A DNA stretch of 64,000 nucleotides, taken from sequence record OZ195934.1. One strand, given 5' to 3'. The position numbers and the translations under genes are program-made. Positions within the stretch are counted from its first letter, which is position 1. Every line of letters begins with the position of its first letter. The notes beneath the pieces were generated by a model. That model did no database searches. It worked only from the letters and a program-made list of their open reading frames with translations, and was not told the DNA's origin. This document shows, in pieces, positions 28,487 through 37,344 of this stretch.

Positions 28487-29542
28487 TTATGAGCGGTAGA
28501 TTACGTGATCTCGTCCCATCGCATCCCATGTACCAAGATGCATTCCGTTCTTGATCGCGTCCATGAGCGATGCATTGTCACGAATTGCTTCTTTCGGTAA
28601 GCACACTAGACCGCTTGTCTTCAGTGCAAGAAGTTCAAGCTCTTCCACCAATTCTTCGCCACGATTACCACTGTATTCAAAATGGCTAAACCAAAAGCCA
28701 ATTTTGCTATATTTGCTATCAAGAACATAGTCAACATCAAAACCGCGCAACGCTCTTTTAAGGTCGCTCGGCTTGCCATTAAACTTGCGCTTCGTCTCGC
28801 TATGTTCAGCACCAGCCCTTGAAATAAGTCGTTTCTTCTCTGCATCGCTAATATCATCCCATCCCACAAAGTTCTTCTTGAACTGATTCATCCATGCTTC
28901 ACCAGTCATCGGGCTACTATGGAACTTTTTCTTCGTATCTGCGATTGCTTGTGCATATCTCGCGTTAATCTCATGCGAATAGTTCTGATATTCCGCGTGT
29001 GTAGCTCTGTGACCGCTTTTAGCGTGATTAATGAAGTCTTTATCGATGTAAGCACGTTTGCGCCCTGAGTGGTCATACGTCCCGTCTGCGTCGCTCGTGC
29101 TAAAGTCTTCAATATCGCCAGAACGCCAGTTATCATACGCATGTTGCAGTTCGTGAATGGCAGTTGAGATAATTGATTCTTTCTGCACTCCGAATTTCGG
29201 CATGACTTGTTCGACGCTAGTTATGCCAGTCAAGTTCACCACAAGCTCCAAATGCCCTGCTTCGTTCGCTGTTGGGTCATGCAAAGCACCATTCCATACG
29301 CCAAGCGTTGTTGGTGATGCGTTATCAAGCTTCAGATAAGCTATGATGCCCGCTTTTAGCAGTTCGTTGAACTCATCTTCGTCGGTGTGAATGCGAAGGT
29401 CTTTGGTATTGACTGCTAAGTTGTTCGGGTTGAACGGCTTGGTGTGTAAAGCGCGTTCAAGTTTGCGTTCTAGGTCATCAACGATTACCCTCGCTGCTTG
29501 TTCTAGCGCACGTTGTGAGGTAACACTTTCAATAATAATCAT
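28487..29542 (-). CDS. Zn metallopeptidase-like protein (HExxH...HE), late
   Basis: STAIHELQHAYD...YSHEINARYAQ. Confidence 0.75.
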   Translation of the reverse strand: MIIIESVTSQRALEQAARVIVDDLERKLERALHTKPFNPNNLAVNTKDLRIHTDEDEFNELLKAGIIAYLKLDNASPTTLGVWNGALHDPTANEAGHLELVVNLTGITSVEQVMPKFGVQKESIISTAIHELQHAYDNWRSGDIEDFSTSDADGTYDHSGRKRAYIDKDFINHAKSGHRATHAEYQNYSHEINARYAQAIADTKKKFHSSPMTGEAWMNQFKKNFVGWDDISDAEKKRLISRAGAEHSETKRKFNGKPSDLKRALRGFDVDYVLDSKYSKIGFWFSHFEYSGNRGEELVEELELLALKTSGLVCLPKEAIRDNASLMDAIKNGMHLGTWDAMGRDHVIYRS

Positions 29543-29559
29543 CTTTTTTCTCGTAATGG

Positions 29560-29608
29560 TTGACTGTATTCTGTATTTAGGTTAGTATCTATCTCATCGA
29601 AACGAAAC
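29560..29608 (+). promoter_or_regulatory. Class A early promoter containing an opposite-strand late promoter
   Basis: TTGACT-17-TAGTAT + ATCGAAACGAAAC; minus-strand CTAAATA at 29574-29580 in the spacer. Confidence 0.75.
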
Positions 29609-29620
29609 ACGGAAAACATT

Positions 29621-30280
29621 ATGAAAAACTTAGAAGCACGCAAGATGATTCACAACACGTTCTACGAACAGCCATTTCAGTGTACAGTTGATATGGAAGT
29701 GATGCGCGATAAAAAACAACCAATTGTTTTGCGCAAAGAGACTCCATACACGTTGTTCTTATTCAACGCAGAAAAGCGTGGTATGCGTTATCACTTTGGC
29801 GATAGAGACCCGCAATACATATGTGACGTTGAACATGAGCCACGCGACATCATGGCACGTTTAATCATCGAAAAGCGTCGTCAATATGCTGCTTTGATTT
29901 CAATCCCATGGGACAAACACGAATATGACGTGCATGAGCCTGCAATTGCAATCATTCAGAAGATGATCACTAAGCCTAAACGCTTTCATGTTGCTGCTGC
30001 TATTAACGAAACTATGTGTATCAGCCCAGCAAACTGCAAGATTGTGTTAGTTGACAAAGACACAGATGTGAAATTTGTCGCTGAGTATAATGGTCGTACT
30101 GGTTTTAGACTTTTACAACCAAGTGTATTTACAAGCGACGAAGCAACTGTTATAGTGAATTGCATGAACAAACTCATTAGTGATTCGCAAAAAGCGCGAT
30201 GGGAACTTGAACAATCACGCAAAGAAGCACGCAAAAACAAACATCGTAACGAATTAATGCAACAATACTGCGGAGAATAA
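29621..30280 (+). CDS. Hypothetical early protein
   Basis: 219 aa. Confidence 0.8.
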   Translation: MKNLEARKMIHNTFYEQPFQCTVDMEVMRDKKQPIVLRKETPYTLFLFNAEKRGMRYHFGDRDPQYICDVEHEPRDIMARLIIEKRRQYAALISIPWDKHEYDVHEPAIAIIQKMITKPKRFHVAAAINETMCISPANCKIVLVDKDTDVKFVAEYNGRTGFRLLQPSVFTSDEATVIVNCMNKLISDSQKARWELEQSRKEARKNKHRNELMQQYCGE

Positions 30281-30283
30281 GAC

Positions 30284-30676
30284 ATGGCTTACCAAGTAAT
30301 CAACGGCAAACTACAGAAAATCAAGAAAGATAAACCACGCGACTACGACAAAGAGTGGAACAAGATGCAAGAAGTGTCGAAAGCGCAAGTTGAAATTCTT
30401 AACCGCATTCGTGAGCGTGATGAAATCAACTCACTCGATACACGCCAACGCCATGAAGCGATGATTGAACTTGCTAAACGCAACGAGCGCAAAGGTAAGA
30501 AAGGCGGTGACTGTAACGTAACTCAGTGTCAAAACCCAGGTGCAAGCTCTTACAACACTGCTATGAGAGCGTATTACTGCGAGTCTTGTGCTCATGACAT
30601 TTGGCAAGCAGGTCAACGTGACGGTCGCGACTTCATTCGCCCGACGCCTGATTACACTTACAAGTACGAGGGTTAA
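30284..30676 (+). CDS. Protein with C-terminal Cys4 Zn-finger-like motif
   Basis: GDCNVTQCQ...YYCESCA. Confidence 0.75.
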   Translation: MAYQVINGKLQKIKKDKPRDYDKEWNKMQEVSKAQVEILNRIRERDEINSLDTRQRHEAMIELAKRNERKGKKGGDCNVTQCQNPGASSYNTAMRAYYCESCAHDIWQAGQRDGRDFIRPTPDYTYKYEG

Positions 30677-30679
30677 GCT

Positions 30680-30931
30680 ATGTGGGGAGATTTTGGAAAT
30701 TTCTTATTGTTCATACTGTCATTGATGTACGTCATCTTTAACGTGATGGCGGGTGGTGCAGTAGTAATCACACTACTCGACCGTGAATGGTCTATCAAGC
30801 GAGTCTTGATGATGATTCTCGCGCCTATCGGTGCAGTTGGTGGGTTTTGTGTGGGGTTGATACTCGTAGCGGCTGGTTTTGTGTTTGACAAGCTTGTTGC
30901 TGTCGATTGGGATAAAAAGAGGAAGTTCTAA
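30680..30931 (+). CDS. Two-TM membrane protein
   Basis: Two hydrophobic segments, basic C-tail. Confidence 0.75.
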   Translation: MWGDFGNFLLFILSLMYVIFNVMAGGAVVITLLDREWSIKRVLMMILAPIGAVGGFCVGLILVAAGFVFDKLVAVDWDKKRKF

Positions 30932-31173
30932 TGAATGATTTTCTAATTGTAGTGTTTGTTATGTCACAAATATTTGCTACTGTAGGTGCTGCTATTATGT
31001 TCACTATGGCACTTCACAGACGCGAATACTCTATCTTAACTGTGGTCGTGTGCGTGTATGGCATCATTGGCACAGTATTAATGACGCTTGTGTTCTCGCT
31101 CACCGCACTGTCAATCAAAATCGAAGAGTCTCGATTCTGGGAATTTATAACTAAACCAAGGAACATCAAATGA
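30931..31173 (+). CDS. Two-TM membrane protein
   Basis: Two hydrophobic segments. Confidence 0.75.
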   Translation: MNDFLIVVFVMSQIFATVGAAIMFTMALHRREYSILTVVVCVYGIIGTVLMTLVFSLTALSIKIEESRFWEFITKPRNIK

Positions 31174-31505
31174 TGCACGCAATTCTGCTAGATCACTTAA
31201 CACCGGGTGTTGTGACTGTACTCGAATACGTATATCGACCAGGGTTTCATGATCACCCGTCGCTTGTTGACACTAATATTCCGATAAGACGAATCTACAG
31301 CGCGAACATGATTGCCATTCTAGTTGACGGTAAGTATAAGCTTGTGAAGAATCGCTACGCAATCAACGCTGAACACGAAGCTATGCGATTCAGTAATATT
31401 ACTGCGATGATTCATTACATGAATGCATTTCTCGCAGAAGCTGAACAGCCATTAATCAAGCACATTGATTTCACGTGTACAACTACAGTAAGGGTACCGC
31501 TATGA
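31170..31505 (+). CDS. Hypothetical protein
   Basis: 111 aa, coupled. Confidence 0.7.
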   Translation: MMHAILLDHLTPGVVTVLEYVYRPGFHDHPSLVDTNIPIRRIYSANMIAILVDGKYKLVKNRYAINAEHEAMRFSNITAMIHYMNAFLAEAEQPLIKHIDFTCTTTVRVPL

Positions 31506-31786
31506 GCTTTGAACAAGTAACAGTAATCTATGCAGCTCACGTAACAGAGTGGGAAGCAGGGTGGGGAACACGTCCAGATGGCGTTGTTCTTGGTAAAACA
31601 GCGGCAGCCGTTGTTGCATGTGGTCAGCGAATGGAGGCAAATAAGTCGCCGTCTGGCTATGAGTACATCGGTGAAGTATTCGCACTGAAAGCAAACGAAG
31701 AAGGCATCAAGTTGCTGACTGACAAAACAGAAACTGAATCCGTATGGACTCAAGGGTCTGCAAGCAAATACGGCTCAAAACTATAG
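31502..31786 (+). CDS. Hypothetical protein
   Basis: Start ATG 31502; EWEAGWGTRPDG. Confidence 0.75.
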   Translation: MSFEQVTVIYAAHVTEWEAGWGTRPDGVVLGKTAAAVVACGQRMEANKSPSGYEYIGEVFALKANEEGIKLLTDKTETESVWTQGSASKYGSKL

Positions 31787-31793
31787 GTGAAAT

Positions 31794-32039
31794 ATGCGTA
31801 TTTCGACTATTCTGTTGATGTACACGCTAACAGCATGTACAATCGTAGATGAAGAGCTACGCATTGCAAACGAGCTTATTATCATTCGTATGGAAAACGA
31901 TAAGCCGAAAGTGCGTGTCGCTACTGGTCTGGAAGACTGCAAGTGGCGCGCAAAGGTCGAAGTTAACGATCTGAGTGATGGTGAACATGAGCTTCATCTT
32001 CAATGCGCAGTATCAACAAATTTAATCAAACCATATTAG
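31794..32039 (+). CDS. Putative lipoprotein
   Basis: MRISTILLMYTLTAC lipobox-like. Confidence 0.65.
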   Translation: MRISTILLMYTLTACTIVDEELRIANELIIIRMENDKPKVRVATGLEDCKWRAKVEVNDLSDGEHELHLQCAVSTNLIKPY

Positions 32040-32048
32040 GAAAATATC

Positions 32049-32291
32049 ATGGAACTACTATCATTTATCTTCGCAGCATCATTCTTTTTGGGCTTAGGCA
32101 TCATGGCGCGCTTGCCAATCAGTCTACGCTACAAGGCGGCTAAATTTCGCACGCTATGGGATGCAGCACCACGCCTATCACAACTAGGGTTTGTCATTGG
32201 CTTTGTCGGTGTGATTGCATACTACATTGTGTTTTTTGTAGTATGTCAATGGACTAAGTTCTCTAACTCAGACTGGAATAACAAGCGATGA
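32049..32291 (+). CDS. Two-TM membrane protein
   Basis: Two hydrophobic segments. Confidence 0.75.
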   Translation: MELLSFIFAASFFLGLGIMARLPISLRYKAAKFRTLWDAAPRLSQLGFVIGFVGVIAYYIVFFVVCQWTKFSNSDWNNKR

Positions 32292-32479
32292 GACAGCACG
32301 AATTGCAAGAGTTGGTCGAGAAGCACAACTTCGATTTCGACATCGCGTGCAATGAGTATAACGAGACACGCTACCAAGTAGTGTGTCAAGGTAACGTTAT
32401 ATTCGAATCATACAACGAATACTGCGTCGTATCGTTCTTAGAGGGCGTTCAGTGGGTACGTAAGGGTTTCGAACTATGA
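32288..32479 (+). CDS. Hypothetical protein
   Basis: 63 aa, coupled. Confidence 0.65.
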   Translation: MRQHELQELVEKHNFDFDIACNEYNETRYQVVCQGNVIFESYNEYCVVSFLEGVQWVRKGFEL

Positions 32480-32643
32480 TTCTATTGTATTGCGAAGACG
32501 AAAATCAGTACATCGTACAAGTCGGGTGTGATGTGTGTATGCACCCGCGCAAAGATAAAGCAACTGACTTCAAGACTCGCGAGTGTGCGCAAGCATATCT
32601 TGACAAGTGGGACTTGTGGGAATGGGAGATTGTAGAATGTTGA
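32476..32643 (+). CDS. Hypothetical protein (55 aa)
   Basis: MILLYCEDENQYIVQVGCDVCMHP..., overlaps both neighbours; not in the ORF track. Confidence 0.6.
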   Translation: MILLYCEDENQYIVQVGCDVCMHPRKDKATDFKTRECAQAYLDKWDLWEWEIVEC

Positions 32644-32936
32644 TCAATAAACGCATTGAGCAGCGACAAGCAAGCGATGCAGAGTTCGAGCAATACAGAC
32701 GCGGTCAAGCTGCGAGAAAGATCAGCGGTGAACTGATTCGCAACTTGTCTGATGAAAAAGACACGTTCTTGGTCGCCACTTATGTGCTGTACAAAGAGCA
32801 CGATGTCGATATCGTTCGCAAGTTGCTACGTTACAATGGCATCAATGCGACCGTTAAAGTAGTGCCAGTTGTTGGTCAGTTGATGGACTGTTTGAACAAA
32901 ATTCATGGAATCGGGTTTAGCGTCTGGGTTAAATAA
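32637..32936 (+). CDS. Hypothetical protein
   Basis: Start ATG 32637. Confidence 0.7.
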   Translation: MLINKRIEQRQASDAEFEQYRRGQAARKISGELIRNLSDEKDTFLVATYVLYKEHDVDIVRKLLRYNGINATVKVVPVVGQLMDCLNKIHGIGFSVWVK

Positions 32937-33220
32937 TGATAGTTAATATTACTCATTCATCATTTGACATCTACATCGGACGCGGAACGCCATTCGGGAA
33001 TCCATTCAAAAGTGGGAAAGACGGCACTCGCAGCGAAGTTATTGCGCTTTATCGCGAGTGGTTACGCTTACAACTGCAAGACGACGAATTCAAAGCAATG
33101 TTTTTGAAGCTAAGAGGCAAGACATTGGGTTGTCATTGTAAACCCAAAGCGTGTCACGGCGATGTGATTTTAGAAGAACTTGATCGATTGAGTAGCCCAT
33201 TGAACAACTTTATAGGTTAA
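32936..33220 (+). CDS. DUF4326-like protein
   Basis: YIGRGTPFGNPF...LRGKTLGCHCKPKACHGDVI. Confidence 0.9.
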   Translation: MIVNITHSSFDIYIGRGTPFGNPFKSGKDGTRSEVIALYREWLRLQLQDDEFKAMFLKLRGKTLGCHCKPKACHGDVILEELDRLSSPLNNFIG

Positions 33221-33223
33221 ACT

Positions 33224-33517
33224 ATGAGAGAAGCAATCAACTTAATCAAAAACACCAAAATGAGCTACACAGACATAAGCCCATTTGGTGAACCATCGCT
33301 GTACGTACACGCAGGTCATGATACTGTATTGAAAGTGACGTACACAGAAGACTGTTATTCGTTTTACGACTATCGCAGTCAATACTTGTATGAAGATCAA
33401 GACCTAGAAGATCTTGAGATTCACTTAAAATCAATCAATGTAGGTCTTGATGACGACTTGCCACTAAACGGCTTTGTTGACGAAGATACTATACCAGACG
33501 GAGTATTTCTTCAATGA
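33224..33517 (+). CDS. Hypothetical protein
   Basis: 97 aa. Confidence 0.7.
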   Translation: MREAINLIKNTKMSYTDISPFGEPSLYVHAGHDTVLKVTYTEDCYSFYDYRSQYLYEDQDLEDLEIHLKSINVGLDDDLPLNGFVDEDTIPDGVFLQ

Positions 33518-34380
33518 AATTTAGCGAATATCAAACCGAGTTGAACGAAGCATTTGATCGCCCTGCACAAATCACAAAGCGAGACATGCAAGGGTCGCAT
33601 TTCACACTTGGTGACACGCAATATCTAATCGAAATCTACCCAACGAGCGCACATGGAAATCAGAAAGCACTCGATGTATCGTTTCGCTCGAAGAAAGCAG
33701 GCGAACATCGCTACACATACGGATTGACTGGTGGCGACCCCAAAGATGCAATGACTGTATTTGCGACTGTAATCTCTGAGATTAAGCGCGAAGTTGAGTT
33801 GCACCCTGAAATCGCAAAGGTCAAGTTCAGTGCATTCGAAGATTCGAATCGCGAAGACGCGGCGAAACGAGCACGATTGTACAAACGCATGGCCGAGAAG
33901 TTTGCAAAGCAACTTGGCTATAAGCTGAACGTGTACGGTAGTGGCTCTGGTCAAGCGTATGTCATGGAAAAGATCGTAGAACTACCTGAACCGACTGGAT
34001 ATTCAAAACAATGGGGTCAAGAAGAACTCGATTTGTATGAAATCAACGACTCTGCGGTCTGCAAAGTTATCGGGGCTGATACTGGTCAATGGTCACTTGC
34101 AAACGGAGCGAAGCTGATTCTTGCGCGTGGTAAAGTAACACTCACAACGGGTCCGATTCAGTCGGTTGATAGTTGGTGGGATGCGTTTCATGAGCTTGAG
34201 TGGTACAACGACGAAGAAGGCGAACAGTTCTACGACGATGAACAACGTATTTGCGAAGTCGCAGGTAAAATCTGGGTAATTGGTGATATGACTATCACGA
34301 TATGGCCTAATGCATCAACATTAGAGCGTGATGCTGAATTAGAGTTGACTAGCGCAACGCGAATGGCACTTGAATTCTAA
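33514..34380 (+). CDS. Likely head-internal protein, paralogous N-domain to 24505
   Basis: MKFSEYQTELNEA start; YGLTGG...VFATV...FSA...RARLYKR. Confidence 0.85.
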   Translation: MKFSEYQTELNEAFDRPAQITKRDMQGSHFTLGDTQYLIEIYPTSAHGNQKALDVSFRSKKAGEHRYTYGLTGGDPKDAMTVFATVISEIKREVELHPEIAKVKFSAFEDSNREDAAKRARLYKRMAEKFAKQLGYKLNVYGSGSGQAYVMEKIVELPEPTGYSKQWGQEELDLYEINDSAVCKVIGADTGQWSLANGAKLILARGKVTLTTGPIQSVDSWWDAFHELEWYNDEEGEQFYDDEQRICEVAGKIWVIGDMTITIWPNASTLERDAELELTSATRMALEF

Positions 34381-34381
34381 T

Positions 34382-34405
34382 AAAAACCCCGAAAGGGGTT
34401 TTTTT
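34382..34405. terminator. Bidirectional terminator
   Basis: AAAAACCCC-GAAA-GGGGTTTTTTT. Confidence 0.9.
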
Positions 34406-34427
34406 AGGGCTGAATGAAAGAAAGTGG

Positions 34428-34475
34428 TTGCACGTAACTGATAAAATGCCTATTATAGCTCTATCGAAACGAAAC
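34428..34475 (+). promoter_or_regulatory. Class A early promoter
   Basis: TTGCAC-17-TATTAT + ATCGAAACGAAAC. Confidence 0.8.
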
Positions 34476-34495
34476 AACGACCTCAAGGGGAAGTA

Positions 34496-34813
34496 ATGAA
34501 CATCACTGGTAAAATGCACATCGAATGCACAGCGTTTGTATCTCTGCCGTGGAACAGTCGCAAAACGCACTGTCTTGTTGGTAAGATGTCAGAACACATG
34601 AACGAATCGTTCAACAATCGCGATGACGGTACAATTGAAACAAGCAACATCAATTACATTGACATCGTAGATGGCGTCGTGTACGCTATAACTCACTCAA
34701 AGAGTCGTTACGAGCTAACAAACGTAACGGTCGAGCAAATCACCGAAATGGTTGAACGTCACAACTCACGTGACCAAGCACCAGTCATCGGTCTATTCAC
34801 AAACGAATTTTAA
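34496..34813 (+). CDS. Hypothetical early protein
   Basis: 105 aa; IETS...DGVVYAITHSKSRY. Confidence 0.8.
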   Translation: MNITGKMHIECTAFVSLPWNSRKTHCLVGKMSEHMNESFNNRDDGTIETSNINYIDIVDGVVYAITHSKSRYELTNVTVEQITEMVERHNSRDQAPVIGLFTNEF

Positions 34814-34840
34814 TCACATTACTTTATTGAGAGAATTATT

Positions 34841-35173
34841 ATGAAAACACTAGTTAACTACACTGCTGCAATCGAACTAACTACTAAAACTTTCGCTGAG
34901 AACGGTCGTCTAAAAGGTCGCTTCTATGCGTCTCGTGTTGGTCACGAAGCTGGTGTCGAAGACAAGACCGCTCCTGTTAAGTCTTTCAAAGTGATTGACA
35001 ATAAAGTATACGCTGAGACAGCATCAAGCGTGTTCCACGTTCGCAATCTGAACGGCACGTCGCTTGCTGAGTTCAACACACTGAATCTGCCAGTGTACGT
35101 GAAGAAAGCTGATCCGGTAATGGACGAGCTAATCAACACGATTGCAATGTCTAACGCGGCTGAACAGTCGTAA
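34841..35173 (+). CDS. Hypothetical early protein (possible paralog of 34496)
   Basis: 110 aa; DKTA...DNKVYAETASSVF. Confidence 0.8.
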   Translation: MKTLVNYTAAIELTTKTFAENGRLKGRFYASRVGHEAGVEDKTAPVKSFKVIDNKVYAETASSVFHVRNLNGTSLAEFNTLNLPVYVKKADPVMDELINTIAMSNAAEQS

Positions 35174-35628
35174 TGTTCCCGAAGAACTCGCAATACTATG
35201 ACTTGGTGTACCTAGAAATCGCCAAGACATTTGCAAAGAAGAGCACTTGCAGACAGAAGTCTGTAGGTGCGGTCATTGTCAAAAATGACAGAATCATTTC
35301 ACACGGTTACAATGGTGTTCCTGCGGGTATGACACATTGTAATCAAACAGAAGACTATGATGGTTTAACTCATCGACAATGGTCTGAAATTCACGAAATA
35401 CACGCTGAACAGAACGCGCTTTGCTATGCAGCACGCGCAGGTATATCGACTGAGGGCGCAACGATGTATTGCACAGCGTCTCCGTGTCATAACTGCGCAA
35501 AACTGATTGTCGCTTCTGGTATCAAGATCTTAATTGTTGGCTCTGTCTATAGTGGTTCGCAAAAAGACTGGCATGTTTGGTTAGAACAGCGTGGCGTCAC
35601 CGTAATTACTTTTGACGAATTTGTTTAA
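35173..35628 (+). CDS. cd: dCMP deaminase
   Basis: VGAVIV, GYNG, IHAEQNAL, SPCHNC. Confidence 0.95.
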   Translation: MFPKNSQYYDLVYLEIAKTFAKKSTCRQKSVGAVIVKNDRIISHGYNGVPAGMTHCNQTEDYDGLTHRQWSEIHEIHAEQNALCYAARAGISTEGATMYCTASPCHNCAKLIVASGIKILIVGSVYSGSQKDWHVWLEQRGVTVITFDEFV

Positions 35629-35651
35629 TATAAGTAATTCGGAATTACAAT
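35623..35651 (+). promoter_or_regulatory. Class B promoter (16-bp spacer) for queD
   Basis: GTTTAAT-16-TACAAT with a GTAATT/AATTAC inverted repeat. Confidence 0.55.
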
Positions 35652-35675
35652 AGAGACTCAACAAGAGAGATTATT

Positions 35676-36611
35676 ATGAAAAGTACAATGTTTTTGAATA
35701 ACATCACGTGCATCGATCATGCGTACGTAGATGAAAATGGTAAGATTAACGGCATGAGCTACAACTTGTGCGTAGAAATCGTTGGTGAAGTAGATGAAAC
35801 CGAGCAAGTCGTTATCGACTTCAGCGGCTGCAAGAAAGCTATCAAGCATCTTGTCGATGAGTCCGAGCACGCGATTGATCACAGACTCGTGCTGATCAAC
35901 GGCTACAGCGAATACGTAATGGGTGAAGTTGAGAATCGCGCACGCGTTCAAATCGATACACCGATCTTTGGTGCTGTTGCTACAGTTGACGACTGGTATC
36001 AAGAAATCACTGACGTGACGCTGTTTGAAAATGAGCTGAACATCCCGTCAGATACGAAGTACATGAACTATGTCACCGAGTATCTTGAAGAAATGCTGCT
36101 AACACAGCTCAAGAAGCTTGGTTATCCAGTCACACACGTCGCTGTAGAGCTTTCAGAGAGCTTTGACTTGCCATCTTGGGCAAACACTCACGTTGAGTTC
36201 AATTACGCTCACGGCTTGCGTTCTAGCTCGTCATACGGCTGTCAGAACATTGCACACGGTCACCGTTCGTTCATCGCAGTTGATTCGATGCTGAACAGTC
36301 GCGGTCGCAAGGTACTGAAGCAAATCGCTGAAGAAATGAGCGGCTACATCGTGTGGAATGAGAACTTGCAAAGCGAACACGAATTATCATACACGTCTGG
36401 GCGTGGTAACTTCTACATGTGTATTGACCCAGAAGAAATGGTCGTTATTCCAACTGAAACGACTGTTGAAAATCTAGCAGAATACATCAAGAACACGTAT
36501 CTTGATGAGCTTCAAAAGATTGGTGTTACTCGTATGTGGGTATCAGAGGGTCTTTCTAAAGGCGCTGTTGTAGATATTCAGCTTAACAAAGCTCTATATA
36601 CAAAGCAGTAA
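35676..36611 (+). CDS. queD: Two-domain QueD-like (6-carboxytetrahydropterin synthase)
   Basis: VIDFS..KK...DHR; FNYAHGL...CQNIAHGH; TTVENLA. Confidence 0.85.
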   Translation: MKSTMFLNNITCIDHAYVDENGKINGMSYNLCVEIVGEVDETEQVVIDFSGCKKAIKHLVDESEHAIDHRLVLINGYSEYVMGEVENRARVQIDTPIFGAVATVDDWYQEITDVTLFENELNIPSDTKYMNYVTEYLEEMLLTQLKKLGYPVTHVAVELSESFDLPSWANTHVEFNYAHGLRSSSSYGCQNIAHGHRSFIAVDSMLNSRGRKVLKQIAEEMSGYIVWNENLQSEHELSYTSGRGNFYMCIDPEEMVVIPTETTVENLAEYIKNTYLDELQKIGVTRMWVSEGLSKGAVVDIQLNKALYTKQ

Positions 36612-36617
36612 TTAAAA

Positions 36618-36647
36618 GTTTAATAGCACGCACCGTCGTGCTATTAT
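36618..36647 (+). promoter_or_regulatory. Class B promoter for folE
   Basis: GTTTAAT-17-TATTAT inside TAATAGCACG/CGTGCTATTA. Confidence 0.7.
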
Positions 36648-36672
36648 CGTTTTTCACTAACAAGGAGCTACA

Positions 36673-37341
36673 ATGCTAGACAGAAACAAAACAAATCCCG
36701 AGCTAGGTGCTCAGGTCGAAGCGCATCTTAAATCTATCGGGATGCACACGCCGACTGTTGATAACGGTTTATCTGACGAACAGAAGCGTGTACTGCTTGA
36801 GAAACACTTCACAACAATCATGGAAACTCTAGGTCTCGACTTGAGCGACGATTCGCTACAAGACACACCGAACCGATGGGCTAAAATGATGGTCAACGAC
36901 TTAATGGCTGGTCTTTCACCGGATTTATTCCCGAAATGTACTGCTGTTGACAACAAAATGAACTACGATCAGATGGTTTGTGAAAAAGGCATTAGCGTTC
37001 TATCGCAGTGTGAACATCACATTCAGACTATCGACGGGTTCGCGACTGTTGCTTACATTCCAAAACAGAAAGTTCTTGGTCTATCTAAAATGAATCGCAT
37101 CGTTGAGTATTTCGCTCGTCGTCCGCAGATTCAAGAGCGTCTTACTGTTCAAATCGCTGAAGCACTCAAGTTCATTCTTGAAACTGACGACGTAGCGGTA
37201 TTGATTGATGCTCGACACTACTGTGTGAAAGCACGTGGCGTTGAAGATAGCGGCTCAAGCACTGTCACAAGTCATCTATCAGGCGCATTTCGTAACGAGC
37301 CAGAAGCACGTGCGGAATTTATGTCTCTTTCACGAGGTTAA
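36673..37341 (+). CDS. folE: GTP cyclohydrolase I
   Basis: SLQDTPNR, SQCEHH, GLSKMNR, RPQIQERLT, HYCVKARGV. Confidence 0.97.
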   Translation: MLDRNKTNPELGAQVEAHLKSIGMHTPTVDNGLSDEQKRVLLEKHFTTIMETLGLDLSDDSLQDTPNRWAKMMVNDLMAGLSPDLFPKCTAVDNKMNYDQMVCEKGISVLSQCEHHIQTIDGFATVAYIPKQKVLGLSKMNRIVEYFARRPQIQERLTVQIAEALKFILETDDVAVLIDARHYCVKARGVEDSGSSTVTSHLSGAFRNEPEARAEFMSLSRG

Positions 37342-37344
37342 TGA

